A DNA stretch of 59,544 bases, the filler included, from Sphacelaria rigidula (Eukaryota): the NCBI GenBank assembly GCA_964200075.2. It is 7 parts of 7 records of this genome, joined end to end, with 100 filler letters (N's around TTAATTAATTAA, not from the genome) between each part and the next. Parts side by side here need not be neighbours in the genome. Positions count along the whole stretch, not along the records: positions 8,522 to 16,942 come from CAXNAA020011198.1; positions 17,043 to 25,463 come from CAXNAA020011199.1; positions 25,564 to 33,984 come from CAXNAA020011200.1; 4 more parts are not named here. The stretch is one strand, 5' to 3'. Below the pieces are notes generated by a model. The model saw nothing but the letters and a program-made list of their open reading frames with translations, was not told the DNA's origin and did no database searches. Below are positions 14,001-26,639 of the stretch, piece by piece. Made by a program: the position numbers and the translations under genes. Each line of letters opens with the position of its first letter. Position 1 is the stretch's first letter.

Positions 14001-14721
14001 GTATCGGGTCTTGGAGCGGCATTTCGGAACTGAAACTCTTCATTCATCAATTGACCGCTTCTTACTCTCAATCGTATCCTCAACTCTCAACATCACGAAA
14101 ACGTCGTTCGTGGTGGTTTTTCGGGGCCCTCCACTGACTTGGATGCTTGCGGAATCGCATGCATCCCGCGGCTGAACTACACCAAACGTCTGCGTCCGAG
14201 TCCCCCCCCCTCCCCTCCCCTCGCAATACCTTGCGCATTATGCCTCTCCCCCCTCTCTCCTCAAAATACTGTGCTTGAAGCTGATCATATTTCAGACTGC
14301 AGCTTCTTTATGTCTGTAAGGTATGGAGCTGTCGGCAACAATGTACGTGTCACGTTTTCTACCCTTCAAATCTTCGTACACTGCACCGCCTGATCGACAC
14401 CTCCTCGTCTCCGCGGCCCCCTACCCGCCGCCTATGCTTCTAAACTCTCGAACGAAACAGGCCACCGTACATTTGGGTCAGCTTTCTGTCCAACGGAAAA
14501 CCAAAGCGAGGGGGTTCTTCTTCTGGGGCAAGAACTCAGACAAGGTTCTGTACCGATCTCCGAAGCCTAAAGAACAGTGGAAGGCACGGTTCTCGTGGTT
14601 TTCTCAGACCGGTCGCGACATCCGCAACGCCGAGCTAAAGGTGACAGAGGACCAGGCGGTGGTCATGGAAACTCCAAGAGGCTGGGTGCTGTGGGAGCCA
14701 ATTCTCCTGGGCGACTACTGA
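11075..14721 (+). CDS. Spliced gene: long Ser/Thr/Asp/Gly-rich region followed by a bulb-type (B) lectin-like domain; exons ~11075-12196, 13372-13770, 14461-14721 (5' end uncertain)
   Basis: Three phase-0-compatible exons with GAG|GTGAGC, CAG|GTATGG, GAG|GTGGGC and ACAG|GCC junctions and a terminal TGA. Motifs LLPGEYM, MWLDDCGQLKI..PTLWQST and LKVTEDQAVVMETPRGWVLWE resemble B-lectin LxLQxDGNLV..vLWxS repeats. Confidence 0.7.
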
Positions 14722-16325
14722 TAAGTAGGCTAGTTGGTAGCGGTAGAGGAAGAGTCAGAAGGCACGAGTCGAGCACAAGGCTCAACCATGGCGTTTGAGG
14801 TTGGATCCGGGTTTTGGTTTACCCTTGTTCGATTCCCCCCTGTCTTTTTGTCTTCCAGTTGATGAGTTCCCGGTATAGATAGTTGCGGTATCGTTGTCCT
14901 CACATGCGGCGCATTCTTGTTGGGTTTTGTGGTGATTTCTGGAGATCTCCTGTCCAATTCTCGGCACAACGTGCATCATCACGGACATGTTCCTTAGTCG
15001 CGGTTGTGCATCCCAAAAGTAGAGAAAGTCGTGAAGGAAAGTGCACTCGGAGTCTCGAGTAATCGGCCTCCAGCTGGTACTGGTGTGGCTACATTCGTGG
15101 GTGTTTCACGTCACGCCTCTACAGGGCTGTTGATGTCGGCTGTCTGTCGGATGCTTCGGAAGCAGCTACAGTAGAAGCAATCCTGGCGAGGTATCCCACA
15201 AGTCTTCTCAAAGCGTGCAATGGACCGCAGATAAAAAAAAGGGGTTTCGTGAGGTGTTGGTGCCGGACGTTTTCCATGTCCAGAGTAAAGCCGTCCCAAT
15301 CTCACTCGAGTTCGACAACCCGGACAAGATGCATGCACCAGGTCGCGCCAACCTACAACCCCCCCCCCGAAATATTGTAACCCACCAACATCGACATGAT
15401 GCATAGGACACGAAGATTGACTGTCGGTGCTATGGCTCGGAATTCCACGCACCACCCGCGCTGGATATCTCAACCTCTTGTACACCTCGACTGACCATCA
15501 ACAGCGAGGGTCGCAGTCGGAACCCCCTCTATATAAGACGAACGGAGGAAAGATCGATCTACAGTATATACACACACAAACACTTACCGAACAAAATATA
15601 TACAAGCGTCAAGAGGAGCATCGGAGTCACTGGCTGGTATATCCCCCGACTCTAAAACTACATTTAGTTCTCGTACTGGACAAAAGCAGTGCATGTACAC
15701 CGATTGCCACTGGGAACACTTTGAGCACTCAATCTATTTTGCAACAACGATATATGTATGTGTGCATGCAGATACTGTTAAATGGGGGATGCAATATTCT
15801 CAGTTTGCCGTCCAATTCTGACTACGTGGTCCCAGAGACGGCAACTTGATGACCTCCCTCGTGTCATCCCTCAAACATCTGAATATACTATACTATATAC
15901 ATATTTCATTTCTTGATTGCAATCGTCCTGTATGCTTGACGGATAAAACAGTCTCAAACAGATAACGCCCAAGACCGCGAGAACAGAACTATCAGCCTGA
16001 CGACCTGCAGTGTATACTCGTGGATCGGAAACATGTCCACCAGTTAACATGTATGTGAGAGAAGAGTCAGGTGAATTTTCAAAAGTGGTCAATCCGCCAT
16101 TTCATACGAGCTGGGCCGTCCTAGACGCGGATTTAAGCTCACACAGCAATATCTCATCGACACAGACGAGTTGGGCCGTGATCTGCACATAACAGCCGAT
16201 CATCGAAATTGAGGATGAAGCTTTTCATTGAGGATGGGAACCCGGAGGATCAAAATCTTTGTATCCACACCGACTCTTCGAAATATGGTTCAATTCTTTC
16301 ACCTACTGGTGGCGTTTGATAATGC

Positions 16326-16498
16326 CTACACGCCCTACAAATTTGGATTTCGATAACCGAAATGTTGGGGTGCTAGATGAAGAAACAAGTTGAGGAATTT
16401 GGGTGATCCGATCGGATCGCCGAAATTCCCCGAAATTGGTTTTTCATCTAGAACCCCAACAAATAGGTCATCGAAATCCAAATTCGTATGACGTGTAG
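16326..16498. mobile_element. 173-bp near-perfect palindromic MITE with 3-bp TSD (TGC)
   Basis: The whole element is self-complementary (CTACACG..AATTTGGATTTCGAT..GTTGGGGT / ACCCCAAC..ATCGAAATCCAAATT..CGTGTAG) with centre GATCCGATCGGATC; TGC lies on both flanks. Confidence 0.8.
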
Positions 16499-16520
16499 TG
16501 CTTGTCAATAGCTACCAGTA

Positions 16521-16872
16521 GAGGGGTGGCTCAATTGGTAACTTCGAAAGCTCCTGACGGTCGGGTCGTGAGTCCAACTCTCGGAGCGATCTGTGATTTT
16601 TTCTCACACTATGCCCAACAGTGGAGAGCGACTATGTCGTGGGTACACAAAACGCGACTTAACGGTCGACGAGAGAAAAGAACTGCTGAACCCCTCTCGC
16701 GATAAAAAATAGGGCCAAGCATCGCAGAAGGAAGGTGCCGTACTGAAAAGGAACACCAAATAAAAAAGTCCTGTGTTGACCTTCCTCCTGTGTGACCCCG
16801 GCTGGTGCGCCCACACATACCAAAAGGTGTAGACCGGCGTCCAGAATAGATGGGACAACAAACAACAACACA
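16521..16872 (+). mobile_element. tRNA-derived SINE copy 1
   Basis: A-box GTGGCTCAATTGG and a degenerate B-box; the body is homologous to 23808-24158; CA-rich tail. Confidence 0.7.
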
Positions 16873-17199
16873 GATGAAGGAATGGAACCACATTTCGAAG
16901 ATTTGCTGTGCATAAGAAGATTTTAATCCTCCGGGTTCTCATNNNNNNNNNNNNNNNNNNNNNNNNNNNNNNNNNNNNNNNNNNNNTTAATTAATTAANN
17001 NNNNNNNNNNNNNNNNNNNNNNNNNNNNNNNNNNNNNNNNNNAACATAATGAGCGCCAGAATGTTGGAGGTGCCTCAACTAGGAGTAGGAACGGTGCTCC
17101 GTCTCGAAAGGAATGGGTGGTCAATGGTTAAACGACTAAGGCAAGCAACACATGAGAACGCCCCCTCCCCAGCCGTACACACCTGCTGATGGTAAAGAT

Positions 17200-19457
17200 T
17201 AGAGCTCGGAAATGGTTTGTTTAACCGTTCACTAGTAAAATGGTTACGCGTAGCGCAACCATTAACCAGTTGAAAGGTACCCAATAGTTTTGTCATCGAG
17301 CGGCGAAGCCGCGAGCCAAAAAGCCCCTCCCCCGGCAGAGGGGGGCCCGCTAGAGGCGCCGTGCCGGAGGCCCGTTTTACGCGATATGGCTTCACTACAG
17401 CTAAATAATATGTTGACTTTGGGTCCATTTCAAGAAAACACCCATAGCGCACTTGGCTTGGAATTTCGATAGAAAAAAAGTAGCCCATTTTGAATTTGAT
17501 CGGGAAAAAAATAAGACCGTCTTTTCTGGTCTTTTTAATTCTTGACCGAAAAAATAGAACTGTAGTACGACCCTCCGTACCCTGTCCTCCAACGAAGGCC
17601 ATGACCGGTCTTGTTGTTAGGGCGTGGGGAGGGTCTTAATCACCTTCAAGAAGTGATTCCTTCTCACTACCGCCCTTGGCCAAGGCCGTGGTGTGGTGGT
17701 GAAGTTGGGTCAGCACGGTGCTCATCAGGCACACCCACCCCTGTTGTAATGCAGCAATGTGATATGTCGACACCATGAGTGCGGGCATATCCTTCGGTAC
17801 AAGCAGTGTACTGTGTCAACACCCTGAGTGCGGGCATGTTGGGATTCGGTGTGTGTGCGGAGGCAGATGACACCGCTGTCGAAAGCTGGCACGCAGACCT
17901 TTGATACAAAGGAGCGTGTGCCGGTGTGTAGACTGGTTTCGGCGACAAGGATGGAGGAGGAGGGGTCATCGACGGACGGATTAGATCTGGTTGAGCCTCC
18001 TGGACGGGACACTTACAACAGACTAAAACCAGAGTGCATAACAAACGAGGAAGTGTTTCATCACGGAAGGAAGCAGAGGGGGCACTGTTTGGGATCATGG
18101 ACACCAACGAGGAGGGGCAGTTGGGTTGGACGTGGACGCTGGTTAGGACAGATGCGAGCGTCAGGAGGTTAACTTCGAAGAGGACCTCGCAGCGGAGAAG
18201 AGCAGAGCAGGCGCTAATTTCGTTGAGGGCGAAATATTTTTCATCTTGAATTTGAATGTAGTTGTTTCTTGTGAATACTACATACAGATGGTATCCCATG
18301 TTTCCATGGTTGAATGGAAGGCACTCTGAGCAGATTATGTTTTTGGCTGATAGCGATATGCCGTGTGTAGGCTAGACGCGACCTGTCTCTTGTGTTCCCA
18401 TGACGATGCTACTTGACCAGGACCCGAGGGAGGTCATAGTTCCTGGCTTTCCCTCCTCGGTGCCATCGGCTCTTCTTTTTTTTATCTTCCTATCTGATGT
18501 TGTTCAGTCTCCGGTGCGCAGGCTCTGTGGGGAATCTCTTTGAACAGCACTCTCGACAGTATATCTATTTTGGGGTTGGTCGTTGTTCTACGCGACAGGT
18601 TCGATTATCGGCTTACTCACTGTTACTACTTGTGTATACACCAGTACGTGGCAAAGTAGTCGGAGAGATCGCACGTGGGGACTCTTTAGATTCCAGTAGG
18701 TGTCGTGCTGTTGAGTCGGTCTTAAGCGGATGTATCGTAGTGTAGGTGCCCTTGTTCGTCTCGATGTTTTTCTGCTTGTCTTCCTCTGCGGCCTGTTTGA
18801 TTCAGAAGTATGCTTGGTATGCTCCTTGCACTGTGACCACAGTTTCGAGAGATCGGGCTACTGTGAAGAACATAATAATAATAATGATGATAATAACGAG
18901 CCATCGATGGTGAAGGCTGGCCGCGAGCTTGAGATAGGCAACGTGGCAGAGCACCAAGAATGTGCTGTGCACCGCATGAAGTCGACAGCGGGAAAATTCT
19001 TCAACAAAAAGGCGGTTAGTTAGGGATTGCTGAGTTGGTGTCGGAAGACGGTGACAAGGTACACAAGCGCAGGCAGGTATACAAGATGCAGACAGTTGAT
19101 TCATATATCGATTTTCAAACATTTATTCACTGATTCACTGCGCACTCAGCCGTGGTCATAAGACAAGAGAAAACACAAAAGAAAAATAATAATAAAGACA
19201 AGAGCAAGAGGAAGGAAACGCAGTATTCGACAAAAAGTCTAGCAGCGACGCCGGACTAGGAGATATCCCGGAATAACACACACTACAAGAACGAGAGCGA
19301 TAATCCGATGTAGCATACGTAGCCGGTAACGGCTTCTAGAGCCGCTAATTGTCAATAATGGTTTGAAGACAGTATCCAAAATATTCATATAACCATTACC
19401 ATTATTACCATTATGATGATAGTGGCCAGTTACAAGTGGTACCATGTCCGAGCTCTA
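17200..19457. mobile_element. hAT-like MITE split by ~1.9 kb of inserted sequence (halves ~17200-17420 and ~19310-19457)
   Basis: Termini TAGAGCTCGGA...TCCGAGCTCTA; both halves match the intact 387-bp copy at 53384-53770 in reverse orientation. No TSD is preserved. Confidence 0.6.
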
Positions 19458-22400
19458 GTGTTGTTACTTCCACTGCATTTTCAGTATGTATCACTTGTCT
19501 TCCCCCTAGACTGGAACGGCGTGTGATTTCTCGTGATCAAAAAGTTGTGAACCATCACCTCACTATCTCTCTCACTCTCACGAAATGACTCCGACTTTCC
19601 TTGTTTGTTAAGACACTGCCTAAACTGAAACTGGCGACGAGAGCGCCAGTGAATCCAGTAAATTTGAGGTTTGCCGTTACCGGCTATTTTTATACCAATT
19701 TAGTGTCATAAGTTTATAGTAGAGATGCTTACACTGTTACATATAACGTTTACTATACGATTGAGGCCTGCACTTTACAGTTGCAGAGGAATATGGGGTA
19801 TCAATTGAGACGGAGGGCGCTTCGAAGGCATCGACGGAAATTGCTTGCGTCACTGACACGTGAAGCAGCGATGCACAGCTTCATGTTTCGCCTTCCGTGC
19901 TTCGGTCGACTTGTACAGCATAGATCTAGCGTTCTGTTGTAGTACCAATGCACATGAAGAACAGGCTTGCCCCGGGCCTATCACTAGCTGACTACTTGAG
20001 GCGTTTTCTGCTTTTTTTTGTTCCGTCTACTTCGTTGGTACCTCGTAGTTCTGTAGCTTTCCGTTTTTATCGGCCGTAGAGTGTAGGTCGACGGCTGGTC
20101 CGTCGAATGAGGAACTGAAGAAAGACAAAGGAGTTGTGACTTATATACGGCGGTGGCTTGACGTGGAAATGCGGAACTGCCGAACGCCAAGCCCCAATCG
20201 CCAATTGCTAATTGCATGATAAAGAGCGTTTTGAACATGATGTAGCACATGCTCATTACACCACGAAGGGATACAGTATAGCCGGTATATGCCGAGGTTT
20301 GTCGTTTCATTGCACATCCGAAAAAAACTAACAACCTGTAACCCGCGACCACGACGTACAAAATACACCATGCGTTGCTATTCGACTGCATGCGTGTTTG
20401 TCGGCCCGGACGTGAATAACTTTGTGCTCTCATCCCCACGCCCTTCCACCCTTGGCTTCCTTATTCCCATCCTTTGCTCCTCACGGAGAGTCTCTGCTGC
20501 TGCGTGCTACAAATGGACGATTTTCGAATCGCTAACCGCTTTGAATGGGATGTTAATGTCATCTAAGCCTCTTAGCTCCTCAATGTGAGGGGTCACAGTT
20601 TTCACAACAATCCACATTTTCAAAGGGGGAACAAATCCCCCAACCTTGCTTGCCTCCGGCGGCGCTCCCGCGAGGCACCCTCACCAGCCAGGGGGGGCGT
20701 TGGGGCGAGCGTCGAAGCCGCTTGCCCGCGATGTTTTCCAGGTAATCGGCTTCGCCGATTAAGTGGGAAAACATCGATATACTGGCCGCAAGCGCTGCCA
20801 GTTGAAACTCAACTGGCCAGAGCTGCCAATTCACATCTCCATGTACAGTACTACTATATATGTATACGAGTAGATCGACCATAAAGAGAGATGTACTTCA
20901 TGCCCGCAGTTTGCTGACTGTTATCGACACACAAAAAATATAAGCGCAGGGCGAAGCACACGTCCCAAAGCAGCATGGTGATTAGTCGCCGCAACCACAG
21001 ACCCGCCCGGCGACGAATCAACATGCTGGTTTAGGACACGCTTGTTCCGTTTCTCGCGTATTTTTTCGGTCTCGATAAGACATGGCCTTAGTGACAGACG
21101 GTACAGCAAACGTAATGGGCGAAGCGACCAGTCAGATCATCAGAATCGTCGCACCCCTCACCTAGGCCTGCTCGTCAAGCTAAACATTTTCCTGGAAACA
21201 TGCATGATTGGTTTGGTGAACCTTCTCCCACCAGCTAGGAAACTGCACTCCTCCCCTCTCAACCAGGAATCCTCCTCGACTACCAACGGGCAAGGCTGCT
21301 CCGGGGCAAAGATCGCCGTCAGAGGTTTAATTTAATCTGGGGCGTGATTTTTTATCGCCTTGAGACAGCATGTCTTCTTTTTAGCGGACCTTTGAGAAGC
21401 GCGCCTCAATATCTTCGGTATTGTCGTTTGTTCAGGGGAGTCAGGTGGTCATTTTATCTTCAACAACTCTCGGGGGGCTGGCACCCTTCTGAGATATCTG
21501 TAAAAAATATGAAGGAGCAGGCGAACAGAAACGTAACCCAGATCATAGTGGTGTTATAGGGACCAAGTAGTGCAGCTAGAACCATCGGTTTAGGATAGAG
21601 ACAACACTACAACACTGGACCTGCGCCGTGCGAGCTGTAGTCCCCGCGATGCATCGCCCACACCGAACGCAGCTCTTGGTTGACTGAGCACGGTGTATCT
21701 TTTTGAGCCGGATCCAACAATAACTGAATGAAGACCATTGTTTTCAAGAAGCCATTGTGCAGTCAAATAAACGCAAACGGTGTGCAGATGCGCCCTTTTT
21801 CTTTTGAACTTGACGCATCTCGGTGTCGCCCTTACCCTGCTGAATTGATTGCCGTTAAGCTCCTTGTATGTACGTGAGAGTGGGCTGTCCGTACATCAAG
21901 TGCGCCTGCGCTTGGGCGCTCAACACATGCTGACAAGCGTGATCGTACGATTACGGCGAGGGGAGTCCACATTTGCATGACCCCTGGAACGCCGGAAACA
22001 TATTTTGTGTGCAACGTGTGCTAGGGCCTTGTCATGCCTTGCTCGGTCAAGTTGCCGTCGGTTACTTCGACGACTTCCCTGTGTGGCCGACATCTACCCA
22101 ACTTATGAGTCTTTTTTGGAGGATTGAGATCAAAGCACGGCCTGAGACGGCAACCTGCTGCTCGTTGTGGCTTGTGCGCGAGTAACTATGACGCGTTGCA
22201 GCAACCTTTTCTACCGAGGCGCTGTCTTTCTACCGAAAAACGAATCCCACCACGTCCCCCCGGCTAAAAGGACTTATGCTTCCTGCTGAATTCGGCTGCG
22301 ATGTAGCTCTTGAAGCTCCTTCCATGTCCTCCTATTCTTTATTTATTTTCCTGTGAGCACGTATTTGCGATATATGTTCGCCGGACTTTGTGCAGTGCAA

Positions 22401-22465
22401 CTGCGAACTCAGCCCATGGTCGTTTACATTCATTCTGGTTCGATGTATACGTGCATCCTTCGCAG

Positions 22466-24620
22466 ACCCGGGCGTTCCAAGCACATGGGCTTCACCGTAA
22501 GCACGCGCCAGCCGCGGTTCCTTCACTCTCATCAACGAGACAGTTTTGCTCCGAGCATCAGGTATTTCCGGTAAAATAATTCAAAGTCTCTCTCTGTTTG
22601 ACTCGAGGCAACCCGCGGGTATAGGTTTTTGGTAGTGCAACCCGTGACAGGGTATCCACAGAGTTGCTGCGGGGGTGGTTAGATCCAGCTGTCTGTTTTT
22701 TTTACTGTGTATTTTTTCCTTAGCCCACGGGGGCCGCTGGGCACCGACAACACGGCGTTTCTCCTAGACAGCTATTATACTGCATGAGACAGCTATGGTA
22801 AAACATCCTCGGTAAGCGTGTTCCTGGTAGTGAGCCAGCTTCTGCCCAACGCTATCCACAACTGACCAAACGAGAAACGTGCAGTCGACCACCTGTAAGA
22901 ATTCAAGGATGCTTTTGATGCTGCCCTTGTGCGTTTGATGTGGCAATCCTTGACTGAATTGAAAACGGTAGCAGAAACTTTCTCACGAAAGGGTTGACCA
23001 TTCATGATAGTACGTATTCGTCGACTTTGTGCAGTGTTCAGCTAAAAATACTCAAAACTGGTCGCGGAAACTGCGCTTTGATAGCGTAAGCACCCCACTT
23101 TTCGGTTAGAGTGTGTCGCGGTCGCCAACACGTGCATGTAGGGTGCGATGAACAAATACGGGCATGCACTTTCCAGGGGTAGCAGCAACTTTTATTGCTA
23201 TGCTGTTTTGGCACGCAATTTACATCCCTGCGATTCCAAATCTGTAATCCATCTTCAGAAAATCACCATGCAAGCGATGTGCAACGTGGCTGTGTACCGA
23301 TCGCTGTTGTGTACTACGCAGTATATATATCCTTACTCGTAGTCAGCGACACTCGGTCAGCGGATGCAAATGTCGCTGTCTTTCTAGAGACACACGAACT
23401 TTGTCACGGTTGCCGTTCGACCGACCATCGCGTGACAATTGTGCCCGTCACGTGAAGAGCCGTACAGTCACTACAGTCACAGTATTGAGGGTGTGTCTAC
23501 CTCTACGCACGAAACCCAGGATCGTCCGTTCAAGGTCATTGGACTTCAGCAAGTGGCCATCGGAGCACTTGATAAGACGGTGAGTCGATCACTAGGATAC
23601 GGAGGACGACCAGCAGCCCGTGCAACTAGGGATTACAACTCGCCTCGTCAGGATAAAGTAAAGCAGTATCGGAGTTTAGGATGAGGTTCTCTTTTGTTCG
23701 GAAATGCAGGCAGATTGCACCACAAGTAACGAGGAGAGGACACCCCTGTTGTTTGAATGCAGGCCGCCAATTAGCCACTCTCCGTTTTGAGATACTCTGC
23801 CGTACGTGGTCGCCGCGGTGGCTCAGTTTGTAACCTCGAAGCCTCATGATGGTTGAGTTGTGGGTTCGAATCTCGGTGAGTTCACACGATCTGGTATTTT
23901 TTCCCACACCATGCCCAGCAGTGGAGAGCGGCTATGTCGTGGGTACACAAAATTCGACATCATGGTCGGCGAGGGAAAACCCCTCTCGCGATAAAAAATA
24001 AGGCAAGCACAGCAGAAGGAAGGTGGAGTACTAGAACAAAAGAAAACAAAAGAAAACTCCTGTGTTGTCCTTCCTCCTGTGTGACCTTGGCTGACATGCC
24101 CACATATACGGAAATATGCAGACCGGCGCCCAGAATAGATGGGATGACAACACACACACTTGGTGTGATATAGACTAGGGTAACAATACGACTAGGGTAA
24201 CAATACGCTTCAGTGTTTTTAGACCACAAATACATAGGGCCAGGGGCAAGATGATCGACCGTATATTCATTTGACAACATACATTCAAATTAATTTGATA
24301 ACATATATTCAAATGGATGAACGGATAAATGGATGTACATCGGTGTAGGAAAGGAACGGACCAAACGTGGTCTCTTCGTCGTGAAGGTACCAAGCTTGAC
24401 TACACTAGTGTAGGTGGAATATTCAACTCGTTGTCGTGTGTGAAACTCGTTAGGGATGCCTTGGTAGTCACACAATCCCTCTTTGAACAATATTTCGTTG
24501 ACCTTGATGTAATCGGTTTGCGTCCTGCACGTTGTGTACGATTTGTGCGCGTCGCAGGGTTTGTCGAGGCTCTGGATTGACATACTGGGCGTGGAGAAGA
24601 TTAACTCGTACCAGAGCAAG
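22466..24620 (+). CDS. Partial VOC/glyoxalase-superfamily protein (methylmalonyl-CoA epimerase/lactoylglutathione lyase-like); exons 22466-22561, 23520-23579, 24558-24620
   Basis: The phase-0 GT-AG exons splice to TRAFQAHGLHRKHAPAAVPSLSSTRQFCSEHQ-DRPFKVIGLQQVAIGALDKT-GLSRLWIDILGVEKINSYQSK. This matches the RPFxxLGxQQxAIGxxDK..LWxDxLG N-terminus of this VOC subfamily. The first exon and the 3' exons were not located. Confidence 0.8.
23808..24158 (+). mobile_element. tRNA-derived SINE copy 2 (intronic)
   Basis: A-box GTGGCTCAGTTTG, B-box GGTTCGAATCT and CTCATGA at the anticodon-like position; body shared with 16521-16872; (CA)n tail. Confidence 0.75.
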
Positions 24621-26639
24621 GTGAGGACCGATTCACTCGCTTGAAGGGAATACAAAGCGTTTGGACAGCTCTGTGATCAACTCAGAATTGCGGGCTCCTG
24701 TTATCCCAGTATAACGTTTTTTTCACGTGCATCGTGCCAGTACCTCATTTGTCAATAGCAACCCCCGTTGATCCGCGCGCGGCGCCGGGACAGACGAGGT
24801 CAGTCGGTGTTTTTGTCGAGAGCAAACAGAAGCCGCCGTGCCTCAGTAGTCTAAATTGAAATGACACACCAACAACTAGTTAGGGCTGAAGATCGCGGGT
24901 CCGCATACCGACAGATGAGGTTTTTTAGCGCAGAATCTGATTTTCCATGGCTGAAAGTGCGAGGACGCAAATGGCAGAAAAAAATCGATGAGAGAGAGAC
25001 GATGGAGTGCGGCAGTGTTGCTAGTCATGATCCAATCCTCGATAACAAAACGTGCGGCAGGTAGCAGAAGAGACATGGTTCCTCTCTCGGGACAACTAAC
25101 TCGCCCTGAGGGCGGGAAGGGGAGGTTGAAATTATGGCGGAAGTCAGGAATGATCCATATCACGAAGACTTTTAGATTTCTTTTTCACCAACACGAAAGA
25201 TGATTGGCTTTTTTTCGATAGACAGCGGTGATGTACACTAGTATACCGCCCTTCATGGTCCCAGCAATATCTTTTCATCCTCCGCTCCCTCCCTCTCTGC
25301 CTCTGTCTCTGCTTCTGTCTCTGTCTGTCTCCCTGCGTCTCCGTCTGTGTGTCTGTCTCGCGACGGTACCCTCTTCCTCGAGCATTATTTGGGGGGGGGC
25401 GTACTCATTTGTTGCTTGCCTTAGTCGTTTGACCATTGACCACGCATCCCTTTCGAGACGGAGNNNNNNNNNNNNNNNNNNNNNNNNNNNNNNNNNNNNN
25501 NNNNNNNTTAATTAATTAANNNNNNNNNNNNNNNNNNNNNNNNNNNNNNNNNNNNNNNNNNNNTTTCTCTCGCGCCGTCCCCACACCGAAGTCCAGTATT
25601 TTCTGCGGATGGCCTCTTTCAGTTTTTTTTTTTTGCACAACATTTTCCATGAGCACTCGAAAGTGCTGGCGTCGATAGCTTCGGCAAAATGAGCAGACCG
25701 TGTTAAATCACAATGCCTAAGGTGGTGTTGGTGTTGTGGGGGCGATACGGAGTAAAGACCCCGTTTATCAGGAGGGTGTTATTGACCGTGAATGGTCCAA
25801 GAAACATAGTTTTCCGGCGTAAGCGCAGTGAATAGGTGGATTTTCAAAAAAATATTCCTTTTTGAGTCTTGACTTATATGATCGGGATCGAGTCGGTCTA
25901 CCGAAAATACCGAAAAGCTAGAACCTGGGGTTGCACTTCCGCAGGACCCCCAAAGATCGGTCAAGCCCGTAAGTCACTCAATATTGATCGCCGATATTTT
26001 TTCTTTCGATATTCTTCAAGAGGATAAAAATATCTCCCGATGCCCATTTTTTGGCATCCAACAGTTACTGTGATGAGCGGTGGCAAGCGAAACAAATTTG
26101 GAAAATCTTCGAGAAAGTAAGGAACGACGAATTCTGCATACTTCTGACGCGCACTACTGTACCTCGGACGCGATCATATTCTTCGCCGTCACTGGAGTAA
26201 ACACACAATCTCAAAACTCAAGTTTGCAGTAAAATCAAGGTGAGAAACGAAGGGAATCTGTGCCAGGAACTTGATCAAAACGCAAAATATCGCATGCAGC
26301 TCTCATGAAGTCTTCGTTGTTTTCACCTTGGTGTTTTGGTCGATGGCGTAATTTTGATACAGAATGTGTGGAAAGTTGCACCGACGCTAACTTATTGTCG
26401 ACAGTCGCGGCGTACGATATGTCGACCGCAGGAGCCGCGAAATAGACAACCTCGCAGTTGGATGAACCACGAGATGATGCGCAGGTCAGGCTACATCTCA
26501 ACATGGTAGCCGCCATGGTCGAGTTTTTACCGACGATGTCAGCCTTGTAAGGAGTACACAAATGTCGCAAGATCCCCCGCACACTAGGGTTTATACATAG
26601 TAAACACTCCCCCTTCATGCTTGGTAACATCATCCGCAG

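Noticed and set aside
26080..26300. BED-finger/hAT transposase remnant (IWKIFEKV..HYC)
   Set aside because: The motif needs several frameshifts and no DDE core follows.
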